NCBI GenBank assembly: GCA_049512315.1
Contig: JBEKXF010000030.1
Location: 1-64,000, forward strand
From: Candidatus Aminicenantales bacterium
GTDB lineage: Bacteria > Acidobacteriota > Aminicenantia > Aminicenantales > Saccharicenantaceae
Direction of reading: 5' to 3'
DNA: 64,000 nt
Part shown: positions 59,013 to 64,000 of the stretch, one piece after another
Numbering within the stretch: the stretch's first letter is position 1
Layout of the letters: the number at the start of each line of letters is the position of its first letter
Program-made: the position numbers and the translations under genes
Notes under the pieces: generated by a model
Database searches by the model: none
What the model was told of the DNA's origin: nothing
What the model saw: only the letters and a program-made list of their open reading frames with translations

Positions 59013-59485
59013 GGCTTGGACTTGAAGACCTCGTCCCAGAGGTTGACTTCGAGCGGCGACGGGGCTTCGACCCGCTTCTCCATCTCCTTCTGCTTTTTCC
59101 GTTCCTTCAGGGCGGTCTTGAGCTCCCGGGCGAAGACCTCCGACGTCACCGCGGTCACGCCGTTCGCCTTGGCGCATTCCCGGATGGCCCGGTCCGAGCT
59201 GACGACGAAGAACCGCCTCCGGTCCGTCAGCCGGAGGATGACGTCCTCGATGACGTCGTCGGCACTCTGCCCTTCCCCAGGATAGAGGATCGTGAACTTG
59301 GGGTTGACGGCGACCGCCGTCCGCTCTCGCTCGGGGTTGCCGTCGAAGACGAGGTGGATCCGGCTATGGGTGACCTTCTGGAAGCCCAGCAGCCGGCCGA
59401 CGAGCCCCTCCCGGCCGGACCTCTCCTTGAGCTCGTGGGGGGCGATGCGGCCGAGGAGGTTGTTCCCGTCGATCAAGTAGGCCAT
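59009..59485 (-). CDS. NYN/YacP-like PIN nuclease
   Basis: LIDGNN, VFDG, SADD, VSSDR. Confidence 0.8.
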   Translation of the reverse strand: MAYLIDGNNLLGRIAPHELKERSGREGLVGRLLGFQKVTHSRIHLVFDGNPERERTAVAVNPKFTILYPGEGQSADDVIEDVILRLTDRRRFFVVSSDRAIRECAKANGVTAVTSEVFARELKTALKERKKQKEMEKRVEAPSPLEVNLWDEVFKSKP

Positions 59486-59510
59486 GGCGTGTTGCGTTCC
59501 GCGCCGCCGG

Positions 59511-59855
59511 TCATCCCGGAGGCCACTTCATCCGGCGGCCGCCGAGGAGGTGGAAATGGATGTGAAAGACTTCCTGGCCGGAGTCCCTGGCCGTATTGAG
59601 GACGATCCGGTAGCCGGTTGTCCCGATCCCTTTCTCCCAGGCGATCTCCCGGGCCCGGAAGAGGATCTCGCCGAGCAGACCCTCGGCCCCTTCCGGGGCG
59701 TCGTTGAGCGAGGCGAAATGCGTCTTGGGAATGAGCAGGAGATGGACGGGCGCCTGGGGGCGGATGTCCTCGAACACGAGAAATTTCTCGTCCTCGTAGA
59801 CGATCTTCGCCGGGATCTCCTTTTTGGCGATCCGGCAGAAAAGACAGGTGTCCAT
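59511..59855 (-). CDS. Histidine triad (HIT) protein
   Basis: CLFC, GQEVFHIHFHLLGG, WPPG. Confidence 0.95.
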   Translation of the reverse strand: MDTCLFCRIAKKEIPAKIVYEDEKFLVFEDIRPQAPVHLLLIPKTHFASLNDAPEGAEGLLGEILFRAREIAWEKGIGTTGYRIVLNTARDSGQEVFHIHFHLLGGRRMKWPPG

Positions 59856-59866
59856 GGACCCTCCTC

Positions 59867-61129
59867 TCAGGACGTGAATCTTTCGATCGAAGCGCCTAGG
59901 CCGCGGAGCTTCTCCTCGATCCTCTCGTAGCCCCGGTCGAGGTGCTCGATCTCGCTGAGGATGGTTTCGCCGCCGGCGATGAGCCCGGCCAGGATGAGGC
60001 AGGCCGAGGCCCGGAGGTCGGTGGCCGTGACCTCGGCGCCGGAGAGGGGCGTCACGCCCTTGACGATGGCCTTGTCTCCCTGGACCTCGATCGACGCCCC
60101 GAGCCGGACGAGCTCGTTGACGTGGGCGAACCGGCGGTCGAAGATCGTCTCCGTGATGATGGACGTCCCCTCGGCCTGGGTCATGAGGGTGATGAACTGG
60201 GCCTGCATGTCCGTGGGGAAGCCGGGGTAGGGGGAGGTCGTGATATCCTGGGCCTTAATGTCGCGGTTGCCGAAAACGCGGAGGCCCCTCCGTCCTTCCG
60301 GATCGATCACCGCCCCGGAATAGCGGAGCTTCTCGATGACCGTCCGGACGTGGCCCGGCTCGACGCCCATGAGGAGGACGTCCCCGCCGGTCAGCGCGCC
60401 GGCGACGAGGAACGTCCCGGTCTCGATCCGGTCGGGGATGATGTCGTGGCTGGCGCCGTGGAGCTCCTGGACGCCCAGGATGTGGGCCGTGTCGTCGCCG
60501 CGCCATTCGATCCTGGCCCCCATCTTGTTCAGGAGGACGGCCAGGTCGGTCACTTCGGGTTCGACGGCGCAGTTCTTCAGGATGGTCTCGCCTTCGGCCA
60601 GGGCCGCGGCCATGAGGAGGTTCTCCGTGCCCGTAACCGTCTTTCTCTCGAACTCAATGACGGCGCCGCGGAGCCGGTCGGCCTGGGCCTGGATATAGCC
60701 GTGCTCGAGCGAGATCTTCGCCCCGAGCTTCTGCAGGCCGCCGATGTGGAGGTCGACCGGGCGCGAACCGATGGCGCAGCCGCCGGGCAGGGCGACGGCC
60801 GCTTTGCCGAAGCGGGCCAGGAGTGGTCCGAGGACGAGGATGGACGCCCGCATGGCCCGGACGAGCTCGTAAGAGGCCTCGTCGGACGTGATCCGCTCGA
60901 CGCGCACGGAGACGGAATTCTCCTGGAGCGAACATTTTCCGCCCAGCTCGTTGACCAAAGTCAGAATAGTGTGGACGTCCTTAACCCGCGGGACGTTGCC
61001 GAGGCGGACCTCGTCGCCCGTCAGCAGGCCGGCCGCGATCGCGGGCAGGACGGCGTTCTTGGCCCCGCTGATGCGGACTTTCCCTTTCAGCTGGAGGTCG
61101 GGGCCGCCGAGGATACGGATTTTTTCCAC
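59867..61129 (-). CDS. murA: UDP-N-acetylglucosamine 1-carboxyvinyltransferase
   Basis: SGAKNA, MRAS, LPGGCAIGSRPVDLH, PGFPTDMQAQ, DRGYE. Confidence 0.97.
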   Translation of the reverse strand: MEKIRILGGPDLQLKGKVRISGAKNAVLPAIAAGLLTGDEVRLGNVPRVKDVHTILTLVNELGGKCSLQENSVSVRVERITSDEASYELVRAMRASILVLGPLLARFGKAAVALPGGCAIGSRPVDLHIGGLQKLGAKISLEHGYIQAQADRLRGAVIEFERKTVTGTENLLMAAALAEGETILKNCAVEPEVTDLAVLLNKMGARIEWRGDDTAHILGVQELHGASHDIIPDRIETGTFLVAGALTGGDVLLMGVEPGHVRTVIEKLRYSGAVIDPEGRRGLRVFGNRDIKAQDITTSPYPGFPTDMQAQFITLMTQAEGTSIITETIFDRRFAHVNELVRLGASIEVQGDKAIVKGVTPLSGAEVTATDLRASACLILAGLIAGGETILSEIEHLDRGYERIEEKLRGLGASIERFTS

Positions 61130-61160
61130 GGCTCGATTCTAAAGGAAGTTATCGCCGAAT

Positions 61161-63101
61161 TCAACCGGCCGGGACGATGCCCTGGCGAGACCAGCCCCAG
61201 GCGTCGTAGTAGGCGTCGAGGACGGAGCTGTATAATGCCTCGTCGACGGCCCGGCCCTGGTGGGCGCCCCGGGTCATCGGGACCTTGAGCTTGGCTGGGA
61301 CGAAAGCGTCGTAGGTCCGGTCGCGGCCTTGGATGTTGTTCATCCGGCGCTCGAGGGCATAGATCCGGCGGCCGCACTCCTTGAGCGAATCGGCCGTGTA
61401 TTCGATCCCGGTCAGGGCGCGGTAGAGGGAGAGGAACGGCTCCGCGGTGATGTCGCCGGTGAAGAAATCGCACAGGCCGAGGGAATCGACGAGGGCCTTG
61501 CCGGCCTGGCCCTCCGCGACGTAGGCCGCCAGGTCCCGGGCGTCCTTGAGCCCACCCTCCTCGGCCTGGATCGTCCAGGCGTAGGTGTGGTCGCCCCGGC
61601 CGCGGTTCGAGGTCCCGTAGGCCGTGAACATCCCCGGGAAGACCTTGGGGTTGATCCCGGCGTAGCCGAGGCCGCCGTAGGCCGTCGTCGCGCAATAGGC
61701 GATGTCGGCGAGCGCGCCCGCGGCCGAGCGGCCCGCCAGTTCGGCGACGACACGGTCGGTGTAGTGGCCGAGGAGCCGGCCCAAATCGCTCGCGCCGTAG
61801 GCGATGTCCTTCAGCGCCTGGATCATTTCGGCGGCGTCCCCGAACCGGAGGCGGCTGCCGAAGCCCGTGAAGAAGCCCTTCTCGGAAAGCTCCATGGCCC
61901 CGGCCATGATGCTGCCGAAGGTCATCGTATCGACGCCCAGCTCGTTGCAGAGATAATTCATGTGGAAGATGGCGTCACGGTCGAGGATGCAGCAGTTGAT
62001 CCAGAGGGCGATCGTCTCGAACTCGGGGCGGACGCCGGCGCCGGCGTAAGGCCCCGAGTCGACCTTGGCCGACCGGGTGCAGAAAATGTGACGGCACTTG
62101 TTGCAGACGTTGTGCTTGCCGGAGATCTCAAGGAAGGCGTCCGTCGAGACGCGGGCGTAGTCGCCGGGGTCGAAGGACCCCTCGTCGAAATTGTGCCAGG
62201 GGAGGTATCCGCCCTTGACGCCCAGGTAGCGGCCGTTGAAAGCCCGGTCGAGCCACCAGGTCGTCCCCGTCGTCGGCCGGAACGAGGCCGTCCGGTTGGG
62301 GTCCTCGACGCTGGCCTTGACGATCCGGTCGAGCTCCGGCCCGAGCTTCCTGAATTCCTCGGCGTCCGCATAGGACACCGGGTTTTTTCCGAGCGCCGTG
62401 ACGGCGACGAGGTTCTTGGAGCCGAAGACGGCCCCGGCCCCGCCGCGGCCGAAGTTCCGGTGATAATCGGCCGTGAGGCAGGCGAAGTCCACGAGGTTCC
62501 AGCCCGCCGGCCCCACGCAGACCGTGGAGGACCCCTTGATCTTCCGGGAGAGTTCGTCCGTAATCTCCGAGGCCGGCCGGGGCACGGAGCGGCCGCCGAC
62601 CTTCTGGAAGAGGCTCTCTTCTGCGTCGACGACGCGGACGGCTCCCTCAATGACCTCGATGCGAACGGGGCGGTCGGCCCGGCCGTCGATGATGAGCTGG
62701 TCGATGCCGGCCCGCTTGAGCATGTTGTGGAAGAGGCCGCCGGCGCTCGAGTGCGTGATCATGCCGTAGATGGGCCTATGTCCCGGCACCCAGGCCCCGC
62801 TTTCGGGCGACCGGGTCATGGTCCCGATGAAGGAGCAGGAGCCCCGACCCGCGGTCGGGATGACGGTATCGTTCGCGGCGGCGCTGCCGATGACGATCCT
62901 GTTCCCGGGGCCGAGGGGGTCCTTGAGCGGAGCTCCGGCCTGGAGCTTTTCGGAGAGGAGCTGGGCCTGGAGCCCGCGGCCGCCGACGTAATCGCGGCAG
63001 AGAGTGGGGTCGGCCGGCTCGACCCGGACCGATCGGTCCGTCAGGTCGACCCAGGCCCACGTTCCCCGGTATCCGGACAATGTTGATCTTTTTTCAGGCA
63101 T
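61161..63101 (-). CDS. Aldehyde:ferredoxin oxidoreductase (W/Mo AOR) family protein, divergent
   Basis: YVGGRGL, GRGGAGAVFGSKNL, CNKCRHIFC, PEFET, CNELGVDT, RGRGDH, DSLGLC, YYDAWGW. Confidence 0.85.
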   Translation of the reverse strand: MPEKRSTLSGYRGTWAWVDLTDRSVRVEPADPTLCRDYVGGRGLQAQLLSEKLQAGAPLKDPLGPGNRIVIGSAAANDTVIPTAGRGSCSFIGTMTRSPESGAWVPGHRPIYGMITHSSAGGLFHNMLKRAGIDQLIIDGRADRPVRIEVIEGAVRVVDAEESLFQKVGGRSVPRPASEITDELSRKIKGSSTVCVGPAGWNLVDFACLTADYHRNFGRGGAGAVFGSKNLVAVTALGKNPVSYADAEEFRKLGPELDRIVKASVEDPNRTASFRPTTGTTWWLDRAFNGRYLGVKGGYLPWHNFDEGSFDPGDYARVSTDAFLEISGKHNVCNKCRHIFCTRSAKVDSGPYAGAGVRPEFETIALWINCCILDRDAIFHMNYLCNELGVDTMTFGSIMAGAMELSEKGFFTGFGSRLRFGDAAEMIQALKDIAYGASDLGRLLGHYTDRVVAELAGRSAAGALADIAYCATTAYGGLGYAGINPKVFPGMFTAYGTSNRGRGDHTYAWTIQAEEGGLKDARDLAAYVAEGQAGKALVDSLGLCDFFTGDITAEPFLSLYRALTGIEYTADSLKECGRRIYALERRMNNIQGRDRTYDAFVPAKLKVPMTRGAHQGRAVDEALYSSVLDAYYDAWGWSRQGIVPAG

Positions 63102-63172
63102 CTCGGGCTCTCCTCTTTTCTTCATCAATGGTCATGGCAGGCGTCGCTCATCACCAGCCCGAGGCGTCCGGA

Positions 63173-64000
63173 TCATTTGATGGACTTGAGCGCCTGGTCG
63201 AGGTCGGCGATGACATCGTCCGGGTGCTCGCCGCCGACGCAGAGCCGGATGAGCTGGGGCGGGATATCGGCCATGCGCCGTGCCTCCTCGCCCTGCTGCT
63301 GGTGCGTCGAGATCGCCGGGATCGTGGCGACGCTCTTGATCCGGCCGAGGTCGGTGGCCCGGTGGATCATCTTGAAGTGATCGAAAACTTTCCTGGCGTT
63401 GTCCGGCGGGCCGTCGACCCGGAAGCTCATCAGGTGGCCGTAGCGGTTGACCTCGTTTCCGGTCCCGTCATCGGAATCGACGAGCTTCATGTATTGCTTG
63501 GCCACGGCGTGAAGGGGGTGACGGGGCAGGCCCAGGAAATCGACCTGGTAGACCTTGGGATGGGTCGAGAGGAATTCCGCCACCTTCTGGCAGTTCCGGC
63601 TGACGAGGTCCATTTTGGAGCTGAGGGTCCGGAGATCGTTGAGGGCGAAGAGGGCGTTGACGGGCGACGCCGACGGCCCGTTGTCCCGGTAGGGCCAGAA
63701 CTTGACGTATTCCGCGAAGCTCTCCTTGAACATGGGATCGTCGTTCCGGACCTTGGTGACGATGGGTTTGCGGCTGATGAGCGCCCCGCCGATGGCCAGC
63801 CCGCCTGAGGTGATGGATTTCGTCAGAGAGTGAACGACGACGTCCGCGCCGTGGGCGATGGGCCGCATCAGGGCCGGCGTGGCGCAGGTGGCATCGATGA
63901 TCACGGGGATTTCCCGGGAATGGGCGAGGTCCGCGAGAGCCTTGATGTCGGTGAAGGACTGCTGAGGATTGGAGGGCATTTCCATGTACAGGAAACGCGT
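63173..64000 (-). CDS. PLP-dependent Cys/Met metabolism enzyme (MetY/MGL family), 5' end outside the window
   Basis: EMPSNP, IIDAT.ATP, VVHSLTK (PLP Lys), STHQQ, IRLCVGGEH.DD. Confidence 0.88.
   Translation of the reverse strand, partial: TRFLYMEMPSNPQQSFTDIKALADLAHSREIPVIIDATCATPALMRPIAHGADVVVHSLTKSITSGGLAIGGALISRKPIVTKVRNDDPMFKESFAEYVKFWPYRDNGPSASPVNALFALNDLRTLSSKMDLVSRNCQKVAEFLSTHPKVYQVDFLGLPRHPLHAVAKQYMKLVDSDDGTGNEVNRYGHLMSFRVDGPPDNARKVFDHFKMIHRATDLGRIKSVATIPAISTHQQQGEEARRMADIPPQLIRLCVGGEHPDDVIADLDQALKSIK

Overview
GC-rich, gene-dense chromosomal window from an anaerobic diderm bacterium. The gene content is compatible with Aminicenantes/Acidobacteriota, but that is inference only. I found no CRISPR array, prophage or IS element. 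Housekeeping genes: carAB, dprA-topA-xerC, comEA, rdgB, eno, rplU-rpmA-obgE-nadD-rsfS, rlmH-dksA-comF, hsp20, rsmI, a split NAD synthetase, ligA, murA, murB and three tRNAs (Lys, Glu, Val). The centre is an ~18 kb minus-strand redox/nitrogen block with four parts. (1) A group 3d [NiFe]-hydrogenase, hoxFUYH-W-hypBA. (2) A HydC/HydD/HydB/short HydA-like module with bifurcating-type signatures and no H-cluster, followed by a stand-alone FMN glutamate-synthase-family gene. (3) A DRTGG/Ser-kinase/divergent [FeFe]-hydrogenase/PHP/HATPase sensory cluster. (4) A large NAD-glutamate dehydrogenase. Best candidates for something new: a putative electron-bifurcating glutamate synthase/dehydrogenase, and an Rrf2-led porin + Pst-like ABC system whose binding protein has lost the usual phosphate-binding Ser/Thr residues. 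Smaller oddities: two frameshifting deletions, a carA with no canonical start codon, an ORF whose ATG shares the tRNA-Val CCA end, a sigma54 promoter on comEA, a HEAT/HD-GYP pair sharing an N-terminal domain, and an AOR-family gene behind a PLP sulfur-amino-acid enzyme. All functional calls come from motif recognition by eye; no database searches were run.
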